Notes: a model not told the origin generated them from the letters alone. 40,364 bases of DNA from a virus (IMGVR_UViG_2563366860_000007:1-40364), one strand, 5' to 3'; shown: positions 19,402 through 27,697, numbered from the stretch's first letter. A program made the numbers and translations.

Positions 19402-21159
19402 TCACAGAATTAACAGGTCCTCATCAGGATCAAGCGTGGACAGAAAGTCATTCACGCCCCCGCCATTTACCAGAAAGCGGCTCATGGCCGTAAAAAGTGC
19501 AACAGGGCCGTCGATTTTGGCTTCAGGCGTGGATTTATTCGGGAAGATGTTGTCGTTTTTGTCCGGTTTTACCGTAACGTTAGACATCATCCAGTTCATG
19601 ACCGGATGATTGCTGTGATGGAAACGCCCGGCATAAACCAGTGATTCCGTTTCCTTCATGGCCTCTGACAGATTGCGGACCGTCTGCGGAACCTCCACCA
19701 GCGGTATCCCTTCTTCAGCCAGTGCCAGGCTGAACTGCATTGCGCTCCACGGGTCAAATCCCAGTTCCCTGAGGTTTTCACCGCCAATCCATTCCAGTAA
19801 GTCACTTTTTATCTGAGCATGATCGATAACATCACCATCCGTCAGGATGAGCTTATCCATCTCCGCCCACTTCCGGTAAAGTTCTGCCTGCTGCCGCGAG
19901 CATCGCTCCAGCCGTCCTTCCGGAAGCCAGAATTTAAAATCAGCATGAACATGTCCGTTATCGGTTCGCCAGAGTTTTGCCGCCGCACAGATATCAATCT
20001 TATGAGCAAGGTCTACGCCGACCCACATGGGATATGTTTTCAGCTCATGTTGTGGAGCAATGTATTCGCACTTCTCCCACTTAATCATATCCATCCAGGC
20101 AGATTCGGCAGTGACCCACACATTCATGTGTTTGGTAAAAAAATTCACCCGCGCAGAGACCTGCTCCTTCGCTTTTTTCGCCAGACGACGCAGATCATCC
20201 CAGCGTTTACAGATGCCCAGGCCAGGATTCGCTTTCTGCCAGACCGTTTCATCAAACGGATCATCTCCCTCATCAAGCGTGTAAATGATCGCAAAGTAAG
20301 AGTCGTCTTTTACAGCGCCCTCCACGTCGCTGTTATAGCCTCGCAATACCTTGATGGCGTAATCACGCTGCTCGTAACAAATCCCTTCCTTGTTAAAGCC
20401 AGCCGTGGTGATACCAAATAACAGGGACTGCAGACGGGCACCGGTTGCCGTTTCCAGAACGTCCCACACGTCGCGGGTTTTATGTGCATGCAGCTCATCA
20501 ATAATGGCGCAGTGGATGTTCAGACCGTCCAGGTTGTTTGCATCCGAGGAAAGCGGTTCAAATTTTGATGCGCTCTGCTCCTGGTAAATCGCCAGCTTGT
20601 TGAAATCAAACAACCGCCCGAGTGTCGACCGGGCTTTTCTGACCATATTTTTGGCGTCTTCAAACACGATTCTGGCCTGGTCACGCGTGGTTGCGGCTGA
20701 ATACACCTCAGCTCCGCCTTCACTATCTGCCCCCGTCATATACAGGCCGATACCCGATGACAGTGTTGATTTTGCGTTTTTACGGGCGACTTCGTTGTAC
20801 GCCGTCCGGAACCGGCGCACCATCACCGGACGTCCGCTGCCATCGCTGCGCATGACAACTTCCCCGGTTTCTTCATTGACCAGCGGAATGACAAAACCAA
20901 AAATATTAATGAGGATAAATACATGCCAGTCCATCAACTCAATGGGCTGGCCTGCCAGTGCCCCTTTTACATGAGGCACAAATTTGTAGAAATTCAGGAT
21001 GTGCTGCGCACGGGGTTCACTGAAATAAATCCCCCGCTTTTCGCCGTACTTCAGATCATCAAGAAAACGCTGGCAGGCCAGGCGGACAAATTCGCCAGCA
21101 ACAATTTCTCCTGCAACAACACGTTCGGCGTAGCGGATCCCGTCAGCCACTTTTGCCAT
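19402..21159 (-). CDS. Terminase large subunit
   Basis: 585 aa; ATPase region followed by a nuclease region; start overlaps the small terminase stop. Confidence 0.9.
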   Translation of the reverse strand: MAKVADGIRYAERVVAGEIVAGEFVRLACQRFLDDLKYGEKRGIYFSEPRAQHILNFYKFVPHVKGALAGQPIELMDWHVFILINIFGFVIPLVNEETGEVVMRSDGSGRPVMVRRFRTAYNEVARKNAKSTLSSGIGLYMTGADSEGGAEVYSAATTRDQARIVFEDAKNMVRKARSTLGRLFDFNKLAIYQEQSASKFEPLSSDANNLDGLNIHCAIIDELHAHKTRDVWDVLETATGARLQSLLFGITTAGFNKEGICYEQRDYAIKVLRGYNSDVEGAVKDDSYFAIIYTLDEGDDPFDETVWQKANPGLGICKRWDDLRRLAKKAKEQVSARVNFFTKHMNVWVTAESAWMDMIKWEKCEYIAPQHELKTYPMWVGVDLAHKIDICAAAKLWRTDNGHVHADFKFWLPEGRLERCSRQQAELYRKWAEMDKLILTDGDVIDHAQIKSDLLEWIGGENLRELGFDPWSAMQFSLALAEEGIPLVEVPQTVRNLSEAMKETESLVYAGRFHHSNHPVMNWMMSNVTVKPDKNDNIFPNKSTPEAKIDGPVALFTAMSRFLVNGGGVNDFLSTLDPDEDLLIL

Positions 21160-21641
21160 CAGTCTCTCGCTTTTAAAAGCTCTGCCAGCGGATCAACATT
21201 ATCCGGTCCGGCGGTATTTACTTTTGCCCGGCTTGCCGGTGACATACCAAATTCTGCAAGCATCGCCCGGATCCGCTTCCAGGCATCCGCTTTCATCGCA
21301 GCAGCCGGGTGTGCCTTAATCAGCACATCACCGTTCTGCGTTTCCGAGCGGTAGGTGTACCCCTCAACATCGAGTGTTTCGCAGTGATGCCGGTATTCGG
21401 TATAGGCTTCCACCAGTAGCTCAAGCGCACGCGCATCAAGCTGAGAAATGATCCCTTCCGCATTCAGCTCTTCCGCCATTCGCCTGAACCAGTACTTCCC
21501 CTGCGCCCCTAAATGTTGCGGAATTTTAGGGAGACCTTTTTCATCCTTTTTAGCGGTTTTTTTGAGGTCTTTAACTGGCCGCTTTGAGGGGTTGCCTCGT
21601 ATCAAATGCAGGCGTGGCGGGGTTTTCGGGGGTCCAGACAT
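21159..21641 (-). CDS. Terminase small subunit (P27 family)
   Basis: 160 aa basic protein immediately upstream of the large terminase. Confidence 0.8.
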   Translation of the reverse strand: MSGPPKTPPRLHLIRGNPSKRPVKDLKKTAKKDEKGLPKIPQHLGAQGKYWFRRMAEELNAEGIISQLDARALELLVEAYTEYRHHCETLDVEGYTYRSETQNGDVLIKAHPAAAMKADAWKRIRAMLAEFGMSPASRAKVNTAGPDNVDPLAELLKARD

Positions 21642-21785
21642 AATCGGTTTTACCTATCAATCATTTAATCACATTCCAAAAAAAAGTTTTCGAACCTGCG
21701 GCGATGCGAGGAAAGGTCAGGCGGCGGTACTGAGCAGCCAGGGCTGCAGAGATTTGACCCGCCCCCCTGCAGATAGGAACTGTTA

Positions 21786-22136
21786 TCAGTTGATGCGTTC
21801 ACGCGCTGTTTTTGCTTTATGACAGGGCCAGCACAGACTCTGCAGGTTACTGTCTGCATCCGTGCCACCATGAGCTTTCGGAATGATGTGGTCCACAGTT
21901 CTGGCTTCAACGGCTCTCCCATTGCGCAGGCAGTTCTGACACAGATGATTATCACGCTTCAGTATGCGCGCACGTATGGCATCCCATTTCGAGCCATAGC
22001 CACGCTGGTGGCGGCTCAGTCCGCGTTGATGCTGTACCCATCCTTCGCCACGATGTTTATCGCAGTAACCAGAACTGTCTGTGGTTGTACCTGCACATCC
22101 ACGCTTACGGCAGGCGCGTGGGATTCGTGGGGGCAT
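21786..22136 (-). CDS. HNH endonuclease (packaging-associated)
   Basis: 116 aa with Cys pairs and a His-containing HNH core (DHIIPKAHGG...CWPCH); adjacent to the terminase as in HK97-like cos phages. Confidence 0.85.
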   Translation of the reverse strand: MPPRIPRACRKRGCAGTTTDSSGYCDKHRGEGWVQHQRGLSRHQRGYGSKWDAIRARILKRDNHLCQNCLRNGRAVEARTVDHIIPKAHGGTDADSNLQSLCWPCHKAKTARERIN

Positions 22137-22178
22137 AAATACCTCATACCCTGCGAAATGTTTACCACGATAAAAAGG

Positions 22179-22646
22179 CTACTTAATGCACTGAGTGCGG
22201 ATATACTCCTGTGCCCCTTCCAGTTGCATCTGCATCGTCATCAGCCGCTCTCTGAGGGTGAAATAATCCCGTTCAGCGGTGTCTGCCAGTCGGGGGCTGG
22301 TTGCATTATCCACGCCGGAGGTGCCGGTGGCTTCACGCACGGTACCGGGGCAGGTGGCGTTGATCCGCAGGCGCTTACGACCAGCGGCAACGTCAGCGCG
22401 AAGAGTTTCATTTTCAGCTCTCGCATCGGCTAATTCCCTCGAGTATTTTGCATCGAGCGCAGCAACATCACGCTGACGCTGCTGCATGTCAGCGATGGTG
22501 GCGGTCAGCTGCTTCAGCTCACTGACTTTTTTATCACGCTGTTCTTTGTAGGTGATGGCGTTATCACGGTAATGATTAACCGCCCACGACAGGCAGACGA
22601 TGATGCAGATAACCAGAGCATAAATAATCGCGGCGACTCTGCTCAC
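22179..22646 (-). CDS. Rz: Spanin inner-membrane subunit Rz (i-spanin)
   Basis: Close match to recalled lambda Rz (...[29 protein letters not shown]...[15 protein letters not shown]...); probable GTG start at 22644-22646 overlapping the lysozyme stop. Confidence 0.85.
   Translation of the reverse strand: MSRVAAIIYALVICIIVCLSWAVNHYRDNAITYKEQRDKKVSELKQLTATIADMQQRQRDVAALDAKYSRELADARAENETLRADVAAGRKRLRINATCPGTVREATGTSGVDNATSPRLADTAERDYFTLRERLMTMQMQLEGAQEYIRTQCIK
22241..22426 (-). CDS. Rz1: Spanin outer-membrane lipoprotein Rz1 (o-spanin), embedded in Rz in another frame
   Basis: [23 protein letters not shown]... with lipobox LVVSAC and Pro-rich body, similar to lambda Rz1; wholly inside Rz. Confidence 0.8.
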   Translation of the reverse strand: MRELKMKLFALTLPLVVSACGSTPPAPVPCVKPPAPPAWIMQPAPDWQTPLNGIISPSESG

Positions 22647-23176
22647 TGCTCTATCCCCCAACAGGCTAATGCGCTTTCCTGGTCACGACGAATAACTTGC
22701 CCATAGCAGTTATTTGAACGTATGCGGCAATCGCGCCCACCATCCTTAATCCACCAGCGAATCGCTTCGCATGCCCCCTTACGATCACCGGCATTCAGCC
22801 GCTTATAAAACGTCGACGGGAAACACTTACCGGGGCCAATGTTGTACGGACAGAATGACGCGATCCCCGCTTTCTGGGGTTCGGTCAGCGGCACTCTGAT
22901 GTTTTTCTCCACCCACGCCAGCGCTTTATCACGCTCAATGGCGTTAACCTGGTCGCATTTTTCCTTCGACAACTTCATGCCCGGAACGACAGGTTTGCCA
23001 TCCACCATGATGGCACCACGGCAGATGGTCCAGATACCTGCACCATCACGGTATGCCGTGGTGTGGTTGCCTTCCTTTTCATCCAGAAACTGGTCGAGAA
23101 TGTCAGGCGCAGGCGCACCTGCGGCAATCAGCGCCAGAACGGCAGCCGACAGGCCGTATCTGATTTTTGCGTTCAT
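22643..23176 (-). CDS. Phage lysozyme (T4-type, GH24) with probable SAR signal-anchor-release N-terminus
   Basis: Catalytic E...D...T spacing in [16 protein letters not shown]; weakly hydrophobic Gly/Ala-rich N-terminus [17 protein letters not shown] typical of SAR endolysins. Confidence 0.85.
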   Translation of the reverse strand: MNAKIRYGLSAAVLALIAAGAPAPDILDQFLDEKEGNHTTAYRDGAGIWTICRGAIMVDGKPVVPGMKLSKEKCDQVNAIERDKALAWVEKNIRVPLTEPQKAGIASFCPYNIGPGKCFPSTFYKRLNAGDRKGACEAIRWWIKDGGRDCRIRSNNCYGQVIRRDQESALACWGIEQ

Positions 23177-23226
23177 GGATATTTATCAGGATTTATCGGT
23201 TCCGAATACCTGGATATGTTAAGTCT

Positions 23227-23571
23227 TCAGCCCAGCGGTGGAGTCTTCAGAGAACCAGTAATTCTTCCCGGTAGCTTTCCTTTGTAGGTTATCCACACAT
23301 TCTGCGCCTCTAAAATTACGGGGCGCTTTTCCGGCGACTGCTCACCCCCTTCACATAACCCGGCAGCAACATCCAGGAAGACCTGTCTGATGCTCCTTCT
23401 GGCTGCTTCCTCATAAAACTCCAGCGCGGCACCTTCAACACGGTCCAGCGAGATGTCCAGGTCAAAAATTTCACCGTCAAAGCGTTTTTTGTCCCGTAAC
23501 GCTAAAGTTACCGTAACTTTATTCTCAAAATTGCGGATCCCTTTCACAATCAGTTCATAGTTTTGAGTCAT
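23227..23571 (-). CDS. Hypothetical protein between holin and lysozyme (DUF1327 / YdfR-like by position)
   Basis: 114 aa ORF; position matches the small conserved gene between holin and endolysin in Qin-type lysis cassettes; assignment is positional. Confidence 0.45.
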   Translation of the reverse strand: MTQNYELIVKGIRNFENKVTVTLALRDKKRFDGEIFDLDISLDRVEGAALEFYEEAARRSIRQVFLDVAAGLCEGGEQSPEKRPVILEAQNVWITYKGKLPGRITGSLKTPPLG

Positions 23572-23575
23572 TGAA

Positions 23576-23791
23576 TTACTCTCCCCGTGCAGCCTTACGA
23601 CGGTCCTCTCTGATTTTGAAATACAGGTTAGTCAGATATGTCAGGAAGCCCAGAACCAGACTCCCCAGTACACCAATCGCAGCCCACTGTGACGGACTGA
23701 CCTGATCAAGCCACTGTAAAAACCAGTAGCCAGCACTGCCTGCGGAGGTGCCGTAGGCAATGCCCGTTGAAATTTTATCCATGGATTTCAT
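23576..23791 (-). CDS. Class II holin, phage 21 S-like pinholin with dual-start motif
   Basis: 71 aa from the ATG at 23789-23791: [71 protein letters not shown], matching recalled S21; two Met codons (MKSM) and two TM helices. Confidence 0.85.
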   Translation of the reverse strand: MKSMDKISTGIAYGTSAGSAGYWFLQWLDQVSPSQWAAIGVLGSLVLGFLTYLTNLYFKIREDRRKAARGE

Positions 23792-23924
23792 AGCCTCACC
23801 TCCGCAGCGAACGGATGGCGTAGTTATAAGGGGAGCGAAAAAGAAAGAATGCGCGATTGCGCAATATGGTAACGTCAGGGTATTATCCACTGGCTGAATA
23901 GATCACTTCACGTTTTTTGTTCCT

Positions 23925-23990
23925 TGCCGCCCGTATCCATATGCGGGCTTTTTTTTGCATGTAAAAAGGCCCCAACACATGTGCGTGGGG
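23925..23990. terminator. Pair of hairpins upstream of the holin (possible bidirectional terminators)
   Basis: GCCCGTAT-CC-ATATGCGGGC followed by T8 (plus-strand terminator) and AAAAA-GGCCCC-N13-GGGGCC (minus-strand terminator). Confidence 0.4.
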
Positions 23991-24192
23991 CCTGAGAGTA
24001 TACATGGTTTCAGTCAACTGCATGGTGCCGGGTGCCTCCCGGTGAATTCAGTACCAGCACCTGAATCCGCGATTATCCCATATACCTACTCGCTGATTGC
24101 CCATCCGCACAGGGGGATTCACCATGCCAGTTTCTTTTAACAAACTCCCCGCAAAACAGACAACTGTCAACCGTCTGAATTGTGAGACATTT

Positions 24193-24218
24193 AAAAAAAA
24201 GGCCCGCAAAAGCGAGCC
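24193..24218 (-). terminator. Rho-independent terminator just downstream of the tRNA cluster
   Basis: Plus strand AAAAAAAA then GGCCCGCAAAAGCGAGCC; on the minus strand a 7-bp stem (with one G-U pair) and UUUU loop followed by U8. Confidence 0.5.
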
Positions 24219-24232
24219 GGGAAAAATAAGTC

Positions 24233-24309
24233 TGGCGCGTTGTACTGGATTCGAACCAGTGACCGATTGCTTAGAAGGCAATTGCTCTGTCCGGTTGAGC
24301 TAACAACGC
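24233..24309 (-). tRNA. tRNA-Arg (anticodon UCU)
   Basis: Hand-folded cloverleaf: acceptor GCGTTGT/ACAACGC perfect, anticodon arm ATTGC-CTTCTAA-GCAAT, T-loop GGTTCGAATCC, encoded CCA; third gene of an Ile-Arg-Arg cluster like ileZ-argN-argO of Stx phages. Confidence 0.8.
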
Positions 24310-24322
24310 AGGGTACAGATAA

Positions 24323-24399
24323 TGGACCGCCTTCGGGGACTCGAACCCCGCGCAACCAGCTTCGAAGGCTGGTGCTCTATCCTGATGAGCTAATGGCGG
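24323..24399 (-). tRNA. tRNA-Arg (anticodon UCG by hand folding)
   Basis: Acceptor CCGCCAT/AAGGCGG with one A-A mismatch at 6:67, anticodon arm CCAGC-CTTCGAA-GCTGG, T-arm CGGGG-TTCGAGT-CCCCG, encoded CCA. Confidence 0.7.
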
Positions 24400-24406
24400 T
24401 ATGTGA

Positions 24407-24482
24407 TGGTGGCCCTTGCTGGATTTGAACCAGCGACCTGGCGATTATGAGTCGCTCGCTCTCACCACTGAGCTAAAGGGCC
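24407..24482 (-). tRNA. tRNA with CAU anticodon, Ile2 (ileX/ileZ-like) backbone
   Basis: Acceptor GGCCCTT/AAGGGCC, anticodon loop CTCATAA, T-loop GGTTCAAATCC; backbone resembles recalled E. coli ileX (lysidine-modified CAU reading AUA) rather than elongator or initiator Met tRNA. Confidence 0.75.
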
Positions 24483-24522
24483 GGGAGCCGCATAATAACG
24501 ACGCGTAATTAATTCTTCAATA

Positions 24523-24801
24523 TCATCCGTTCTGGCTGACTAAATCCTGTACTTCCCGAACCGCCTGCTCAAAACGTTCAGTCTCCAGCTCAACGCCAAT
24601 TGCACGACGCCCGAGCGCCAGTGCCGCTTTCACTGTCGAACCCGACCCCATGAAAAAATCTGCAATCAGGTCACCCGGACGACTGCTAGCGCTGATTATC
24701 TGCTGCAGCATTTCTGCCGGTTTTTCGCACGGATGTTTCCCGGGATAGAACTGCACCGGTTTATGCGTCCAGACATCGGTATACGGCACCTGCGCCGTCA
24801 C
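24523..24801 (-). pseudogene. C-terminal remnant of a beta-class N6/N4 DNA methyltransferase
   Basis: 92-codon ORF with motif I DFFMGSGST and a HPCEKP region typical of the C-terminus of DPPY-first methylases, but no DPPY motif and only a GTG start; an in-frame stop lies about 33 codons upstream. Confidence 0.65.
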
Positions 24802-24859
24802 GCCAAAATACCGCCGCAGTCGGCATTCACAACCACCAGCGCATTTAACGTTCAGCCAT

Positions 24860-24884
24860 AAAAAAACCCGCTCGCGGCGGGTTT
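24860..24884 (-). terminator. tR'-like rho-independent terminator shortly downstream of Q
   Basis: Plus strand AAAAAAA then CCCGCTCGCGGCGGG; perfect GC-rich hairpin followed by U7 on the minus strand, about 70-90 nt downstream of the Q stop. Confidence 0.6.
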
Positions 24885-24886
24885 AA

Positions 24887-24952
24887 GCTGTGTGGCGAAG
24901 TAACCACTCTTAACATACTGACATACTTTTTGCGGACCGCACTAATCATTTT
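24887..24952 (-). promoter_or_regulatory. Predicted late promoter pR' / qut region
   Basis: Short AT-rich interval between the Q stop and the tR' hairpin; assignment by position (Q acts at a promoter just downstream of its own gene); individual promoter elements not resolved. Confidence 0.4.
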
Positions 24953-25333
24953 TTACTTTTTTAGCAGCCAGTCGTCCATCTCCAGTCTTACCCCCAGCAC
25001 AGACAAACATCCGTCAATAAACCCTTCGGCTATCTGCATCTCAATTCGTATTGCTTTTTCGCTTTTCTTTCTCGTCCTGGCTATCTGTCTTTTTGATATT
25101 CGCAACAAATAATGAGCAATGAGAAGCGAATACTCCTCAGGTTTTTTCTGCTTCAGACGAGCAAGACAGTTTTCAATGATAAGTCCGTCATCATCGCAGC
25201 AGGCCGGACGTGGTTTAGTGGCAGATGGTAAAAGTCCTTTGAATCCGGCAGCGATCGGAGAATAGTCCACCCCGGTGTTACCACTTGCAGCCCATGCCCC
25301 CCAGCGTTCAAGAACCATCTGAATATCACGCAT
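24953..25333 (-). CDS. Late antiterminator Q (QuuD-like family)
   Basis: ATG at 25331-25333 (MRDIQMVLERWGAWAA...AAGFKGL...RPACCDDD...) matches recalled DLP12 QuuD; the longer track start at 25348 is GTG. Confidence 0.8.
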   Translation of the reverse strand: MRDIQMVLERWGAWAASGNTGVDYSPIAAGFKGLLPSATKPRPACCDDDGLIIENCLARLKQKKPEEYSLLIAHYLLRISKRQIARTRKKSEKAIRIEMQIAEGFIDGCLSVLGVRLEMDDWLLKK

Positions 25334-25350
25334 CAACTTTCTCCACAAAA

Positions 25351-26340
25351 TCAGGCCAGCACGCCAATTGCCAGCGCACGATCGATAAAACGAAATATCA
25401 GCTCCAGCTGGGAGCCATACTTCTCTTCAAATGCCACGGTATCCGCATGCAGCTCGTCGTGATGCTTTCTGCACAAAGGCAACACAAAGAGGTCATGCGC
25501 TTTTGTACCCATTCCCCCCTGACCGTGGCCTATCAGGTGGTGGGGATCATCAGCTGGCTTTCCACAACATGCACACGGCTGTGTCTTAACCCAGCGCGTG
25601 TACTTTTCATTAACCCAGCGGCGACGTTTTGGGCGTAACATAAAAGACTCCGGCGACTCCGGATCCACTTTCAGCGCCAGCACCTTTTTCGCTTTATCCT
25701 GGATAATGCTGGTGGCAGGAACCGAAGGAACAAGGTCACTCTCCCGGGTGACAGACGGCACAACAGGCTTCGGTAATCTCAGTGCCTTACGGGCTGCACT
25801 TTCCGGTAAGGCATCCGCCAGGTCATTACGAACCAGCCACCAGCACAGTTCCGGCATTGTCACAACGTGACTGTCATCAAAACCGAGATCACGGCGCACA
25901 ACAGATAACACCCAGCGGGCACAGTTATCCGTTGCCATTGATTCCAGCCGTTCCGTGAACTGGTCACGGAGAAGATTGTCACAGTGCCAGCACAGACGGA
26001 TTGCGCCTGGCGCGTGCCGCATTGTGGTCATGTTCTCGCTGTGCCAGTCGGAATGAGGCCACTGACAGCCCTTTTCACGAAGTAACCAGCTCTCAAGGCA
26101 TTCCACGCCACCAGCACGACGGATCACCGCCTCATGGCGGAACACGGCCCGAACGGCAGGATCATCCGCCAGCGGTTGTGATGCTGCCGGAACGGCACCA
26201 CTGGCAAAAGATGAATAACGTTCCGGCTCAGGCTCCAGCAGGACGCGCCCCTGCATAAACAGGGGCATCAGCTCTGAACCGGGTCTGAACAAGACGATCC
26301 CCATACGCGGGGCTATTTCAGGGGTCAGCAGTGCTCTCAA
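25351..26340 (-). CDS. DUF968-like protein with C-terminal Cys/His motif (YdfU-like)
   Basis: 329 aa; C-terminal CACCGKPADDPHHLIGHGQGG...CRKHHDELH suggests a zinc-binding or HNH-like motif; immediately upstream of Q. Confidence 0.55.
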   Translation of the reverse strand: MRALLTPEIAPRMGIVLFRPGSELMPLFMQGRVLLEPEPERYSSFASGAVPAASQPLADDPAVRAVFRHEAVIRRAGGVECLESWLLREKGCQWPHSDWHSENMTTMRHAPGAIRLCWHCDNLLRDQFTERLESMATDNCARWVLSVVRRDLGFDDSHVVTMPELCWWLVRNDLADALPESAARKALRLPKPVVPSVTRESDLVPSVPATSIIQDKAKKVLALKVDPESPESFMLRPKRRRWVNEKYTRWVKTQPCACCGKPADDPHHLIGHGQGGMGTKAHDLFVLPLCRKHHDELHADTVAFEEKYGSQLELIFRFIDRALAIGVLA

Positions 26341-26349
26341 CGTAGAACC

Positions 26350-26865
26350 TCACAGCACAATCTGTTTCAGTTTCTGTACCGCTTTCCCCATATCCGCCAT
26401 AGCATCAACAAACTCATCAAATTTACGACTTGCCATTCCATACGCCTGGAGGATTTCCAGTTTCAGAGGATCCAGTTGCTTTTTAATTTCCGCACGATCA
26501 TTAAATTTCTTCTCTGCTTCTTCCGCAGCCCTGATCAGCTCCTCAGCATGCCTGCGTAATTCATCCGGAGTAACGGTCTTTTTAATCACAACGGGTTCCT
26601 CTGTTTTTACTGGTATTTCACTATTTACTGCCTGATGTCCAAATTTAGGATGATGTAACGTTGTAGTTCTTCCATCATTCGCAACGACCAGAAGTCCACT
26701 GTCGCGGATAATGCCAATGAGTATCTCCTTATCCCTTTTATTCAGTAGACTGTACGCCTGCACTTTCTGTGATATCTGGGTCAGTGTTGCGCCTTCCGGC
26801 ATTCGTTCAACAAAACGTTTAACCCTGGATAAAACTGGCTGCAGATGGGGTGGTGTAATTCTCAT
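26350..26865 (-). CDS. Hypothetical protein (possible N-terminal winged helix, C-terminal coiled coil)
   Basis: 171 aa ORF in the operon; no family recognised. Confidence 0.45.
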   Translation of the reverse strand: MRITPPHLQPVLSRVKRFVERMPEGATLTQISQKVQAYSLLNKRDKEILIGIIRDSGLLVVANDGRTTTLHHPKFGHQAVNSEIPVKTEEPVVIKKTVTPDELRRHAEELIRAAEEAEKKFNDRAEIKKQLDPLKLEILQAYGMASRKFDEFVDAMADMGKAVQKLKQIVL

Positions 26866-26880
26866 GCTCCACGCCTCCCA

Positions 26881-27678
26881 TCAGTGAACGGTATCGAGCA
26901 GCTTTAACAGCTCAGGAAATCGGGATTCGAAGAAATGCGGCTGCGTCTCGCGCGGATTTGCAGGACTGGTGATGTTCTTGCCGAACATGCAGCCTTTCGC
27001 GGTCAGCGACCAGAATTTTTTGATGTTGTTAATCGCGGTACGGCTGTATCGTTCGCGTTGTTCAACGATCCCCAGCTTCGCCATCTGGTGATATGCCTGA
27101 TTAGCCGTCAGGCGGATACCATACTGCTTCAGCAGTGCACTCAGTGACAGCGTGGGGCGGCTTGAGCCATCAGGCGCGTCAGCAGGAGCATCAATGGCAT
27201 AGCGCGGTGCCAGATTCGGTAAGCCAACAGCCTCCTGGAGTTTCTGACAGGCACCAAGCACTGAAGAGTTAGACAGGTTTAATTCCCGGCGCATAAAGTC
27301 CAGCAGAATCACACCAGCCTGCATCTTGTCAGCAGCCTGTCCGGATAATTTATCCGGTGCGCTGGTTACCGTATCGAAAGTACGGATCACCTTCAGATGG
27401 AATGACGGACTGATCCACATTGCATAGGCATACACCAGTTCTTTGCAGACATACGTCCCCTGGTTATTTCCGCCACGAATAACGTTAACAGGCTCTATAT
27501 TGACCGAGTTGCAAATCTGCAACTCGCTTATTAAACGTTCAGTTTGCTCATTGCGGAGCCAGAATGCAGGCTTATGCTTATCCAGAGAACCGGCAGCCCT
27601 GTGTAGATCGTTCAGGCTGTAACGCCCATAAGCATCACGACGAACTTCAATACCATCAATGACCATCAGATTATTCAT
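26881..27678 (-). CDS. KilA-N domain protein (possible antirepressor)
   Basis: N-terminus GIEVRRDAYGRYSLNDLHRAAG...KPAFWLRNEQTERLI resembles the KilA-N domain; C-terminal half unassigned. Confidence 0.7.
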   Translation of the reverse strand: MNNLMVIDGIEVRRDAYGRYSLNDLHRAAGSLDKHKPAFWLRNEQTERLISELQICNSVNIEPVNVIRGGNNQGTYVCKELVYAYAMWISPSFHLKVIRTFDTVTSAPDKLSGQAADKMQAGVILLDFMRRELNLSNSSVLGACQKLQEAVGLPNLAPRYAIDAPADAPDGSSRPTLSLSALLKQYGIRLTANQAYHQMAKLGIVEQRERYSRTAINNIKKFWSLTAKGCMFGKNITSPANPRETQPHFFESRFPELLKLLDTVH

Positions 27679-27697
27679 ACTTCGTTTCTCCTCTTAA

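Noticed and set aside
19819-20421. 200-aa plus-strand ORF
   Set aside because: Antisense to the large terminase gene.
21819-22433. 204-aa plus-strand ORF
   Set aside because: Antisense to the HNH and Rz genes.
23792-24232. Shiga toxin or other toxin cargo between the tRNAs and holin
   Set aside because: No ORF with a start codon, SD or signal peptide of adequate length; only hairpins and short spurious ORFs.
24048-24303. ORFs of 77 and 68 aa overlapping the tRNA region
   Set aside because: They overlap hand-folded tRNA genes and terminator hairpins; no coding signal.
25285-25638. 117-aa plus-strand ORF
   Set aside because: Antisense to the Q and DUF968 genes.
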